DNA of 64,000 bases from Gammaproteobacteria bacterium (GTDB lineage Bacteria; Pseudomonadota; Gammaproteobacteria; CAKMZV01): positions 1,544,550 through 1,608,549 of the forward strand of contig OZ255827.1 of NCBI GenBank assembly GCA_965277625.1. Direction: 5' to 3'. The notes under the pieces are model-generated. The model was not told the DNA's origin, did not search any database, and was given only the letters and a program-made list of their open reading frames with translations. How positions within the stretch are numbered: the stretch's first letter is position 1; every line of letters starts with the position of its first letter. Made by a program: the position numbers and the translations under genes. Positions 52,242 to 61,561 of this stretch are shown here, piece by piece.

Positions 52242-53081
52242 ATGAAATTTGACCACCCCGATCAATTCCGTCAGCACCCTTTCAAGAACATAACTTTATT
52301 GGGCATGTCAGGCGTAGGCAAAACCCATTTATCCAATCAATTGGCTAAGGAAAACTGGTATCACTACTCTTGTGATTACCAAATCGGCACTGGGTCATTA
52401 AAACCACAAATCGAAGCGAGCATACAACAAAAAATTTGCCAAGAGGAATCATTGCAACCGATTTTTGCCGATGGGTCGATTCGTGTTCACGCGCATATCA
52501 CCATTGACAATCTTTCAGCCCTATCAAACTACGTCGGGCGTCTGGGTAATCCGCATCTGGGTGGCATCAATTATCATGAATTTTTGCGCAGACAACGCCT
52601 GCATTACCAGGCTGAAATTGAAGCTGTGGAGCAATCCATTCCTGCCAGTGAACAAGCTCAAAAAGACCAGTATTTCGGTTTTCTCAACGATGCCACTGGA
52701 AGCTTGTGTGAGATTGTTGACAGCGGCATCTTTGATCGATTGGCGCCCCATTCCCTCATTCTGCACATTCGTTCTACTGAACAAGATCGTGAACAATTGA
52801 TTGAGCGTGCCTACCGTTACCCTAAACCCCTATACTTTAACGAGGATTTTCTGAAAAAACAGCTGGCACTGTATTTAGAGGAAAACGATTTGGCATACGT
52901 TGCGCTCATTAACCCTGATCAATTCTCACAGTGGATTTTCCCGCGTTTAGTCATTCATCGATCCAACATTTATGAATACTTAGGGCATACTTACGGCTAC
53001 GCCGTTAATGCGCAAGACGTCCGTGATATTCGGGACAGCCAAGATTTTTTAGATTTAATCACCCACACCATTGCTCAATAA
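52242..53081 (+). CDS. Uncharacterised P-loop NTPase
   Basis: 279 aa with N-terminal Walker A (LLGMSGVGKTHL). No further family recognised. Confidence 0.45.
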   Translation: MKFDHPDQFRQHPFKNITLLGMSGVGKTHLSNQLAKENWYHYSCDYQIGTGSLKPQIEASIQQKICQEESLQPIFADGSIRVHAHITIDNLSALSNYVGRLGNPHLGGINYHEFLRRQRLHYQAEIEAVEQSIPASEQAQKDQYFGFLNDATGSLCEIVDSGIFDRLAPHSLILHIRSTEQDREQLIERAYRYPKPLYFNEDFLKKQLALYLEENDLAYVALINPDQFSQWIFPRLVIHRSNIYEYLGHTYGYAVNAQDVRDIRDSQDFLDLITHTIAQ

Positions 53082-53084
53082 GCC

Positions 53085-54149
53085 ATGCCTTTAATTGCCA
53101 TTTCAGAACTGCCTTCATTTGCGCGCCTTCGTCAACAAGGCGAAACCATACTACCCATCTACAGAGCGCAAACTCAGGAAATTAGAGCGCTCCACATTGG
53201 TTTATTAAATATGATGCCTGATTCGGCATTGGAAATTACCGAACGCCAATTTTTGCGACTGATTGGTCAAAGCAATGACATTGTCCAATTTCACCCCCAT
53301 CTATTGACCATTCCAGGCATTAAACGCAGCGAAAACACTCAAAAACACATCGATCAATTCTATCAATCGTTTGAAAATATAAAACAACAAGGATTGGATG
53401 TGCTGATCATCAGTGGGGCCAATGTCACCAATGAGAATTTAGACGAAGAACCTTTTTGGCACCCTTTAACAGAAATCATAGACTGGGCTTATGAATACGT
53501 CACCTCAACCCTCTGTTCTTGCTTAGCCACCCATGTGGTCATGCAATATCATTACAACCAACCTCGACAACATCTTGGTCATAAATGTTGGGGCGTATTC
53601 AATCATCATGTAGTCCAAAAAGATCACCCCCTTACGCGTGACATCAACACCAAATTTGACGTCCCTCATTCCCGTTTTAACCAAGTTTCTAAAGAACAGT
53701 TCACCCAAGCTGGTTTAGAAGTATTGGTTGAAAGCGCGCACGCAGGGGTGCACGTTGCTGTCAGTAAAGATGGCTTCCGTCAAGTGCTTTTTCAAGGTCA
53801 TCCAGAATATGATGCCGTTTCTTTATTGAAGGAATACAAACGAGAGGTTCAACGCTATTTTCAGCGTCAAACAACTGATTATCCGCCCTTTCCAGTACGC
53901 TATCTTAATCCATTGGCACAAGCCATCTTGGAAGAATATTGTGATGAGATAAAGCACTGCCAAAATAATAATCAAGCCATGCCCATTTTCCCAGAATCTT
54001 TGGTCGCCCCATTACTCAATAATACATGGCAAGATACCACCAAATCCATTTTCAGCAATTGGATCGGCCTTGCCTACCAGTTGACCCACGTCGAACGCAA
54101 CAAACCCTTCATGGACGACATTGATCCACTGAATCCCTTAGGACGATGA
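53085..54149 (+). CDS. metA: Homoserine O-acyltransferase, MetA family
   Basis: Collinear with E. coli MetA (LNMMP...FLRL; VTSTLxxCxA; APHSRF; GHPEYD) with a ~45-aa C-terminal extension. Confidence 0.8.
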   Translation: MPLIAISELPSFARLRQQGETILPIYRAQTQEIRALHIGLLNMMPDSALEITERQFLRLIGQSNDIVQFHPHLLTIPGIKRSENTQKHIDQFYQSFENIKQQGLDVLIISGANVTNENLDEEPFWHPLTEIIDWAYEYVTSTLCSCLATHVVMQYHYNQPRQHLGHKCWGVFNHHVVQKDHPLTRDINTKFDVPHSRFNQVSKEQFTQAGLEVLVESAHAGVHVAVSKDGFRQVLFQGHPEYDAVSLLKEYKREVQRYFQRQTTDYPPFPVRYLNPLAQAILEEYCDEIKHCQNNNQAMPIFPESLVAPLLNNTWQDTTKSIFSNWIGLAYQLTHVERNKPFMDDIDPLNPLGR

Positions 54150-54271
54150 TGGTTGCTATACAAAACAACCTTTCTTTCACAACCAATGCTTCAAAAAATC
54201 GGGCGGTTGTTACCTTGCCCTGTGATGATAATCATCCATCAGAATCTCAAATGACGTGGTCGGATTCGTAA

Positions 54272-54889
54272 ATGCCAACCCTTGACTGGACCATTGAAGA
54301 CCTTGGTCGAACCGAATATGTGCCATGTTGGCAAGACATGAAACGCTTTACCATGCAACGAACTGAACAGACTGCCGATACCCTGTGGGCAACACACCAC
54401 CCACCCGTATATACCTTGGGACGGGTGGCCGACAAGAAGCATTTATTAGTAGATAAAGACATTCCAGTCATTCAGGTTGATCGTGGTGGTGAAGTCACCT
54501 ATCACGGCCCAGGTCAATTGGTCATCTATGTTCTATTAGACATATTTAGAGCCAAGATTGGCATTAAAACGCTGGTGTATCATTTGGAGCAAAGCATCAT
54601 CGATGTACTACAAATGTACGAAATTCATGCTTATAGACAAACAGGTTTTCCAGGCATTTATACCAAGGAAGGGAAAATTGCGGCCTTGGGCTTAACGTGT
54701 AAGCGGCGCGGCACTTATCACGGATTAAGTCTAAATATAGACATGGATTTACAACCTTTTTTGTGGATTAACCCCTGTGGCCGAAAGCAGGCGGTTATTG
54801 ACGTTAAAACCTTGCAACCTGATGTTTCATATAGTCAATTGCAAGCTCAATTGATTGAAAGACTAAAGCAAACCGAATTTACCATTTAA
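54272..54889 (+). CDS. lipB: Octanoyltransferase
   Basis: 205 aa. HPPVYTLGR, VDRGGEVTYHGPGQ. Confidence 0.85.
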   Translation: MPTLDWTIEDLGRTEYVPCWQDMKRFTMQRTEQTADTLWATHHPPVYTLGRVADKKHLLVDKDIPVIQVDRGGEVTYHGPGQLVIYVLLDIFRAKIGIKTLVYHLEQSIIDVLQMYEIHAYRQTGFPGIYTKEGKIAALGLTCKRRGTYHGLSLNIDMDLQPFLWINPCGRKQAVIDVKTLQPDVSYSQLQAQLIERLKQTEFTI

Positions 54890-54906
54890 ATATTCAAGAT
54901 ACAACT

Positions 54907-55563
54907 ATGATAAAACATCTATTTGGCCTCATTATTCTGTCATTTATAAGCAGTGCCTGTTCTTTTTCCGACAGTTCTGAGCCAGAATCGCCGGAAATCC
55001 CCACACCCTTGATTCAATTATCTCAACACAAAACCATCAGTGATTTTAAATTTGTCGATCATAACAGCCAACCTTTTGGTCTCGCAGATCTTAAGGGGCA
55101 ATGGAGTTTGGTGTTTTTTGGATTTACCCATTGCCCGGACATTTGCCCACCCACGCTCATAGAAATGGCCAATCTTTACAAAAAAATGAAACAGGCAAAG
55201 CTACCCAATGAACAATTGCCGCAAGTTATTTTTGCGTCAGTTGACCCCAAAAGAGACACGGTTGAAAAGATTAAAACCTACGTAAAAGCATTTCATCCCG
55301 ACTTTCAAGGCATCGTTGGTGATAAATTTAATCTCATTGCATTGTCAAAACAGTTAGGCGTTTATTATTTAAAAGCAGACATTGAAACGGACTCAGCTGA
55401 TGAACACAGTGCCCATCAACCCTCAAATGATGACTACCTCATCAACCATACGGGTAACATCATCATATTCAATCCCGAGGGACAATACATTGGATTTTTT
55501 CGCTCACCACATCACAGTGAAAAAATGGTTGAATTGTGGACCACACTCACCCAAAAAAAATGA
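54907..55563 (+). CDS. SCO1/SenC family copper chaperone
   Basis: 218 aa. Signal/lipobox-like N-terminus and FGFTHCPDICP thioredoxin-fold motif. Confidence 0.85.
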   Translation: MIKHLFGLIILSFISSACSFSDSSEPESPEIPTPLIQLSQHKTISDFKFVDHNSQPFGLADLKGQWSLVFFGFTHCPDICPPTLIEMANLYKKMKQAKLPNEQLPQVIFASVDPKRDTVEKIKTYVKAFHPDFQGIVGDKFNLIALSKQLGVYYLKADIETDSADEHSAHQPSNDDYLINHTGNIIIFNPEGQYIGFFRSPHHSEKMVELWTTLTQKK

Positions 55564-55579
55564 AGTTCACTTAGTATAG

Positions 55580-55588
55580 TTATCCACA
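55580..55588 (+). promoter_or_regulatory. Perfect DnaA box in dnaA upstream region
   Basis: TTATCCACA in the 274-bp AT-rich gap upstream of dnaA. Confidence 0.5.
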
Positions 55589-55837
55589 ATTTTAATTTGA
55601 AGCATAAATCCCAATAGCATAGGGCATAGTGACAAAAAACAAAATCGATTGAAAAACTTATTAACAATTTATTTATTTTTCAATCAAAAAATTCCAATTT
55701 TTTTTTACAAAAACCTCGATATTTTAATTAAAAATGATGCAAAATATCAGTCGTAAGAACAAAGCAAGCATTTAGCAGAACCAACCTATTTGCTTCCGTA
55801 ATAATTAAATTTTAATCAGGTATATCAAAGGTTTACT

Positions 55838-57163
55838 GTGAGTTTTGCTTGGCGACGTTGTGTGACAATTTTAGAAAAACAATTAGATTCGCTCGAATTT
55901 GAGCGTTGGATTGCGCCCCTCACAGCGAAACAAACAAATTCCTCAATTTCGATCTTCGCGCCCGACGAATCTTTTGCCGATCGTTTAATGGGTCAGCCTT
56001 ATTGGGAGACGATCACACAGTTGCTACAATCGAACAGTCAGGAATCATTACGCATTGAATTAGAAGCGCGTCCAACAGACTCAAACGACATGACGCACAT
56101 CCAAGCCAAAGCCAGTGGCGCTCGAGTTGAACAACAACTCGAAAAATCCGGCCTGAGACCACAATTTTCTTTTAGTAATTTTGTCACAGGTCAAACCAAT
56201 GCCATGGTTTGTGCTGCAGCAAAGGAAATCGCTCAACACGCCAAAGCCAGCATCTACAATCCATTTTTTATATATGGCCGATCAGGTCAAGGTAAAACCC
56301 ACTTGCTATTTGCCATTGGTAATCACTTGGTACGACACACCAATGTCAAAGTTTTTTATCAACATGCCCCTCGGTTTGTTACCAGTTTTGTTGCGGCGCT
56401 TAACCAAAAGAAAATGCCAGAATTCAAACGCTTCTATAGCAGTTTTGACGTGCTCTTAATTGATGATGTGCATCTGTTTGCTGACAAAACAGGCACCCAA
56501 GAAGAGTTATTCCAAATCATCAACTTAATGCTGGAAGGTCACAAACAAGTCGTATTCACTTGCGATCGCTATCCCAAAGATTTGAGTGGTTTTACCGACC
56601 GCCTTCGTTCGAGATTTGGCGCTGGGTTGGCATTGGAAGTCAAACCGCCTGAATTAGAACTTAGGGTGGCCATTCTCAAATCAAAAGCCGAAGAAATTGG
56701 CTTGTCTTTACCTGAAGATGTGGCCTTCTTAGTCGCCAAGAAAATTCGTTCAAATGTGCGCGAATTACAAAGTGCACTGGCCACCTTAAAAGCCTATCAC
56801 GAATTCAAAAGCAATCAACCTGTCAGTCTAATCAGTGCCAGTCATGCATTAGAAAATGCATTTGCTTCACATTCTAGAACCGTTACCATTGATCAAATCA
56901 TCAAAGCGGTTGCTGTGTACTATTACCTCAGAAACAGTGATTTAACATCCTGCATTCGTCGCCAACCCATTGTTCGAGCACGACACCTTGCCATGATGCT
57001 GGCCAAAGATTTAACCAACCTAAGTTTGGCTGAAATTGGCGAAGCTTTTAAACGTGATCATTCTACGGTGCTCCACGCTTATCGCAATATGAGTAAACTG
57101 CGTTCAAAACATCCGAACATTGAGAGTGATTATCATAATCTATACACAACGCTTTCTAGTTAA
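55838..57163 (+). CDS. dnaA: Chromosomal replication initiator DnaA
   Basis: 441 aa with AAA+ Walker A (GRSGQGKTHL), sensor motifs and a C-terminal DNA-binding domain. GTG start. Confidence 0.95.
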   Translation: MSFAWRRCVTILEKQLDSLEFERWIAPLTAKQTNSSISIFAPDESFADRLMGQPYWETITQLLQSNSQESLRIELEARPTDSNDMTHIQAKASGARVEQQLEKSGLRPQFSFSNFVTGQTNAMVCAAAKEIAQHAKASIYNPFFIYGRSGQGKTHLLFAIGNHLVRHTNVKVFYQHAPRFVTSFVAALNQKKMPEFKRFYSSFDVLLIDDVHLFADKTGTQEELFQIINLMLEGHKQVVFTCDRYPKDLSGFTDRLRSRFGAGLALEVKPPELELRVAILKSKAEEIGLSLPEDVAFLVAKKIRSNVRELQSALATLKAYHEFKSNQPVSLISASHALENAFASHSRTVTIDQIIKAVAVYYYLRNSDLTSCIRRQPIVRARHLAMMLAKDLTNLSLAEIGEAFKRDHSTVLHAYRNMSKLRSKHPNIESDYHNLYTTLSS

Positions 57164-57255
57164 GTTCTAGTTTTAGGCTTATAATGAACCATCCTTAAAT
57201 TCAGGGATGGATTTTGGAACACGCTTAGGATCAGCACCTTATTATTATTTAGCTA

Positions 57256-58389
57256 TTGGAGAATGCCGTGAAGCTACTTTTTGAAAGAGAACCATTACAT
57301 CGCGCACTCAGTGATATTGTTAATGTCGTTGATCGCATCAAACTTTTACCCATTCTTGATAATGTCAAACTTCAGATTGACTCTGAAGGCATCACCCTGA
57401 CAACCACTGATACTGAATTGCAGATGGTCGCTCAATTAGCGCTAGCCGAAGGCGAAACCATCAAAGAGCCTTTTGAAATCACCTTAGGTGCCCAGAAATT
57501 TCTAGACATCATCGCGAGTGTGAAAGATGAGTTCATTACCGTTGAATTTGATGAAGGCAAAGCAACAATTCGCACGGATCAATCCCGTTTTACCTTGGCA
57601 ACCCTGCCCGTTGAAGGATTTCCGCAACTGGATTTGTCTCAGTTTGATTTATCAGTGACCATATCCAAGAAAAATCTTAAAGCCCTAATCACCAAAACCA
57701 GCTTTGCCATTTCTGCCAAAGACATTCGGGCACCGCTTAGAGGGTTGTTGTTTGAAGCAAAAGGCGCAACCATTAAAACAGTTGCCACAGATGGTCATCG
57801 CCTGGCACTGGCACACGCTGCCTTAGACACTGAGGTATCAGAAGAGTGTCGTGTGATTGTACCGCGCAAAGCCGTTCTTGAAATCGTCCGTCTGGTTGAT
57901 GATTCGGATGAAAATATCACCCTTTCCATTAATTCAAACTTTATCTCATTTACTTTGGAGCGGTATAAAAATCTTATTTTTGCGAGTAAACTGATTGTCG
58001 GTCAATTCCCAGCCTACACCAGCGTGATACCTCAGAATAATCCACATACTTATTCAACCAATGTTGGAGAGCTATCGTATGCTTTAAAACAAGCCATTTT
58101 GATCAATCGTGAGCCAACACGCCAAGTTCGAATGAAGATAACCACAGACAGCACCACAATTTCTTCAAAAAACAAAGATCAAGAAGATTCAGAAGTCAGT
58201 TTAATCTCAACCTATGATGGTACTGAGCTTGAGGTCGCGTTCAATGAAAGCTACTTACAAGAGGCCTTAAGCACACTAAAAAATGACTTGCTCAACATGA
58301 AAATCGCCACGGCATCGGGTAGCATCTTAATTGAAGAACTGGATGAACAAATCGAAGTCAAGCATGTTATTATGCCGATGACTATATAG
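57256..58389 (+). CDS. dnaN: DNA polymerase III beta sliding clamp
   Basis: 377 aa with three-domain clamp pattern. A GTG at 57268 with a better-spaced GGAGA may be the true start. Confidence 0.9.
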   Translation: MENAVKLLFEREPLHRALSDIVNVVDRIKLLPILDNVKLQIDSEGITLTTTDTELQMVAQLALAEGETIKEPFEITLGAQKFLDIIASVKDEFITVEFDEGKATIRTDQSRFTLATLPVEGFPQLDLSQFDLSVTISKKNLKALITKTSFAISAKDIRAPLRGLLFEAKGATIKTVATDGHRLALAHAALDTEVSEECRVIVPRKAVLEIVRLVDDSDENITLSINSNFISFTLERYKNLIFASKLIVGQFPAYTSVIPQNNPHTYSTNVGELSYALKQAILINREPTRQVRMKITTDSTTISSKNKDQEDSEVSLISTYDGTELEVAFNESYLQEALSTLKNDLLNMKIATASGSILIEELDEQIEVKHVIMPMTI

Positions 58390-58405
58390 TCTTTCAAAAA
58401 TTTAA

Positions 58406-59014
58406 ATGGGTAAGCTTTATATTGTTTCTGCACCCTCTGGCGCAGGCAAAACTTCGTTATTGACAGCAGCTGTTTCGAGTTTAGATTTTCTCTGCCTGAG
58501 CGTCTCACACACAACACGACCTAAAAGAGACAACGAAATTGATGGTAAAAACTATCACTTTGTCGATGATCAAGTCTTTCAAAAACTCAAATCTGATGCG
58601 GTGTTCCTTGAAACAGCTCAAGTATTTGGATACGAGTACGCCACCTCCAAAATTTGGGTTGAGCAACAATTGGCAAAAGGCTTAGATGTGGTTTTAGAAA
58701 TCGATTGGCAAGGCGCTGAACAAATTCGCAAAATCTTTGCTGATGTGATTGGCATATTCATACTGCCGCCCGACTACACAACCCTGAAAACCCGATTGTT
58801 CAATCGAAAAACTGACGATGTGGCTGTGATACAAAAAAGACTGAATGAGGCCATCACCGATATTCAGCAATATCGCCATTTTGACTATGTGATTATCAAT
58901 TCAAATTTTGATCAAGCATTGACTGCCATCAAAAGTATTTTTTTAAGTCAACGCCATACGATCCAATCACAGCAACAAACCATCGAATCTTTGTTCAAAA
59001 ATTTTAAATCCTAA
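58406..59014 (+). CDS. gmk: Guanylate kinase
   Basis: 202 aa. SAPSGAGKTSL and the GMP-binding pattern. Confidence 0.9.
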   Translation: MGKLYIVSAPSGAGKTSLLTAAVSSLDFLCLSVSHTTRPKRDNEIDGKNYHFVDDQVFQKLKSDAVFLETAQVFGYEYATSKIWVEQQLAKGLDVVLEIDWQGAEQIRKIFADVIGIFILPPDYTTLKTRLFNRKTDDVAVIQKRLNEAITDIQQYRHFDYVIINSNFDQALTAIKSIFLSQRHTIQSQQQTIESLFKNFKS

Positions 59015-59193
59015 CATTGCCGTCATAGGATTCAATGTTTTCGATTTAACCTCAGTGTTTTTTATATAAAACCATTCTATGTGGTAGAATACCGCGCCTC
59101 ATGTACAACCTTTGACTCAATGACGCCTATGTGTCGTCAAGACCGAGGTTGAAGCATGTTTCCTTACGCTACAGACTTGTTCTGAGCGTTTTA

Positions 59194-59202
59194 TTATCCA
59201 CA
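59194..59202 (+). promoter_or_regulatory. Perfect DnaA box abutting the rpsF Shine-Dalgarno
   Basis: TTATCCACA immediately followed by AGGAG, with the ATG 9 nt later. Confidence 0.4.
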
Positions 59203-59215
59203 AGGAGTTTTATAT

Positions 59216-59578
59216 ATGAGACATTATGAATTGTTTTTTATGGTGCATCCTGATCACAGCGATCAAGTGCCCTCAATGATCGAAAAGTATAGCCAGACTA
59301 TTGCAAATTCGAAGGGGAAAATTCACCGCCTAGAAGACTTAGGTCGTCGTCAGTTGGCCTATCCCATTCAAAAGTTACACAAAGCACACTATGTTTTGAT
59401 GAACATCGAAACAACCAAGGAAACGGTTGATGAACTGGTTCTTGCATTCCGTTTTAATGATGGCATATTACGCCATCTGTTCATTCAAAAAGATTCAGCT
59501 ATTACAGAAGCCTCAAAACTTCTAAAACCTGAGTCAGAAGAATCCTCTGAAAATACAAACCAAGCAGGTAACGCATAA
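59216..59578 (+). CDS. rpsF: 30S ribosomal protein S6
   Basis: 120 aa. [13 protein letters not shown] signature and acidic C-terminus. Confidence 0.9.
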   Translation: MRHYELFFMVHPDHSDQVPSMIEKYSQTIANSKGKIHRLEDLGRRQLAYPIQKLHKAHYVLMNIETTKETVDELVLAFRFNDGILRHLFIQKDSAITEASKLLKPESEESSENTNQAGNA

Positions 59579-59805
59579 TGGCCAAAACAAACAACCGTCA
59601 AAATAGCCGTCAACGTCAGATCACTGGAGACATTGATTATAAAGATGTGGCATTACTCAAACAGTTTTTGACCGAAACGGGCAAAATCATCCCATCTCGG
59701 GTCACTGGCATTAGTGCCAAAAACCAAAGACAATTGAGTAAGGCCGTCAAACATGCTCGCACAATGGCCTTGTTGCCTTATACTGACAGACACGCAATCT
59801 ATTAA
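59578..59805 (+). CDS. rpsR: 30S ribosomal protein S18
   Basis: 75 aa. [26 protein letters not shown]. Confidence 0.9.
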   Translation: MAKTNNRQNSRQRQITGDIDYKDVALLKQFLTETGKIIPSRVTGISAKNQRQLSKAVKHARTMALLPYTDRHAIY

Positions 59806-59808
59806 ATC

Positions 59809-60678
59809 ATGTTTCTTTCTATAGCCCGGTGGCTGATGGCCTCTCGTGGTAAAGCGTACATTACATTGATTGCATTAGCACTCATCAGTACCATTATAAA
59901 ACCTGTAGGCATTCTGGTGAGCGCAGGTATTGCGCTGGTCACTTTGACCATTGGTTTGCAATCTTCTATTGTTTTAGCCATTCTTTCTTCATTTTTTGTT
60001 GGCATGCTCAATATGATATTTGGTCAAAGCCTGTTGTTTAATGTTGGGATTTATGTCGGTATTTTTGTCATCCCTGTTATAGGTTCAGCATTAATTCTCA
60101 AATATAAATCCATAGAATTGGCCAGTCTTGGTTTGGCAGTATGGGCAGCAACAATTCTTGTGCTTGCAAAACTATGGATGCCCGATTTAAACCTATTCTG
60201 GTATCCAGTAATTCAAAATTACTCAACCCTGCTGCAGTTAAATCTGGCACCTGAGGAAATTGAAATTTTGAGCAAGACAATGAATGCTGGCATCAGTTTA
60301 ATGGTCTTTATAATGCCATTACTTGGACTTTTGCTTGGAAAATATTGGCAGACGCGGCTCTATCAACCGGGTGAATTTGCCGAAATTTTTCAACAATGGT
60401 TTTTTGGTAATAAAATTGCCAGTGCCCTAATCATCATTATTGCTTTAGCAATCTTTGACAATCAACTGGCAAATGATTTGATTGGTATTATTTTGGCATT
60501 GTTTGTTTTACAGGGTATTGCCTTAATTCATTATATTTGGCGTATTAAAGCAATCTCTAAATTTTGGCTTTATGCCTTCTATCCCGTTATTTTTATTTTT
60601 TCTGAAGCCATGCTGTTGCTCGCCTTTACGGGATTGATTGACAACTGGGCAAACATCAGAAAAAGATTACAACACTGA
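59809..60678 (+). CDS. Polytopic inner-membrane protein (DUF2232/YybS-like, tentative)
   Basis: 289 aa with ~8 TM helices, inserted between rpsR and rplI. Its position mirrors Bacillus yybS upstream of rplI. Confidence 0.5.
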   Translation: MFLSIARWLMASRGKAYITLIALALISTIIKPVGILVSAGIALVTLTIGLQSSIVLAILSSFFVGMLNMIFGQSLLFNVGIYVGIFVIPVIGSALILKYKSIELASLGLAVWAATILVLAKLWMPDLNLFWYPVIQNYSTLLQLNLAPEEIEILSKTMNAGISLMVFIMPLLGLLLGKYWQTRLYQPGEFAEIFQQWFFGNKIASALIIIIALAIFDNQLANDLIGIILALFVLQGIALIHYIWRIKAISKFWLYAFYPVIFIFSEAMLLLAFTGLIDNWANIRKRLQH

Positions 60679-60686
60679 GGTTTAAC

Positions 60687-61142
60687 ATGAAAATTATTTT
60701 ATTAGAAAGAATCCAAAATCTGGGCGAAATTGGTGGCGTCATTGAAGTCAAACCTGGCTATGCTAGGAATTATTTATTGCCACAAGGTAAAGCCAAAATA
60801 GCAACCGAAGAAAACATCAAAATTGTTGAAGCACAAAAAGCAGAATTGGCCAAACGTTCAGCCGATGCTGTGGCATATGCTCAAGCCCTTGCTGATAAAG
60901 TTGCTGGGGTTGAGGTTGTACTCTTAAGAAAAGAGTCAACAGATGGCAATTTATACGGTTCTGTCAATAACCATGACATCTCGGTTGCCCTCAATGAGAT
61001 GGGATTTGAAATTGAGAAAAAGCACATCCAATTGGATGGCGGCGCATTCCGGACATTGGGCGAATTTCCTGTGAATATTATTATTCAAAATGATATTACA
61101 GCCGAAATAAAACTTATTATTCAGCCCGAACCCAGCGAATAA
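60687..61142 (+). CDS. rplI: 50S ribosomal protein L9
   Basis: 151 aa. MKIILLERIQNLGEIGGVIEVKPGYARNYLLPQG. Confidence 0.9.
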   Translation: MKIILLERIQNLGEIGGVIEVKPGYARNYLLPQGKAKIATEENIKIVEAQKAELAKRSADAVAYAQALADKVAGVEVVLLRKESTDGNLYGSVNNHDISVALNEMGFEIEKKHIQLDGGAFRTLGEFPVNIIIQNDITAEIKLIIQPEPSE

Positions 61143-61163
61143 CCACAAAAATTGACAGACGAC

Positions 61164-61197
61164 GCCATCGCCCCGAATCTGGTGATGGCTGTTTTTA
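61164..61197 (+). terminator. Rho-independent terminator after rplI
   Basis: GCCATCGCC (ccgaatct) GGTGATGGC stem-loop followed by TGTTTTTA. Confidence 0.5.
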
Positions 61198-61561
61198 TGA
61201 CCGTTCAATGAATGTTGGTGGCCCTTTCTGCGGTTTCTTAGAATCATTTTGCGCCATCGATTTTATCTCTTTAAATATTGAAGCGTAGGCTGGTATCTCA
61301 CAGGCGTGGACATTCAATAAGACCCGTTGAAAGAACCGAGCAAAGCTGAGTTGCATGGCACAAAAACAATCAAGCTAAACATCATTGGGCAGGCTTTTCA
61401 ATCGATGCGCACTATCGCAGAAATTCGTTTCATTCATCATAGTTGAGGCTGTGTTTTCTAGCTTAAGTTGGTACAATCTTGATACCTGTACTTAAAAAAG
61501 CAAGCCAAAAGAGACCTTTTCCGAATTCATCAACAAGACCTTTAAAAAAACACGACATAAT

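Noticed and set aside
57188-57215. Possible hairpin (CCATCC...GGATGG followed by ATTTTGG) after dnaA
   Set aside because: Short 6-bp stem with a weak T-tract, and it sits in the 90-bp dnaA-dnaN spacer where read-through is expected. Not convincing as a terminator.
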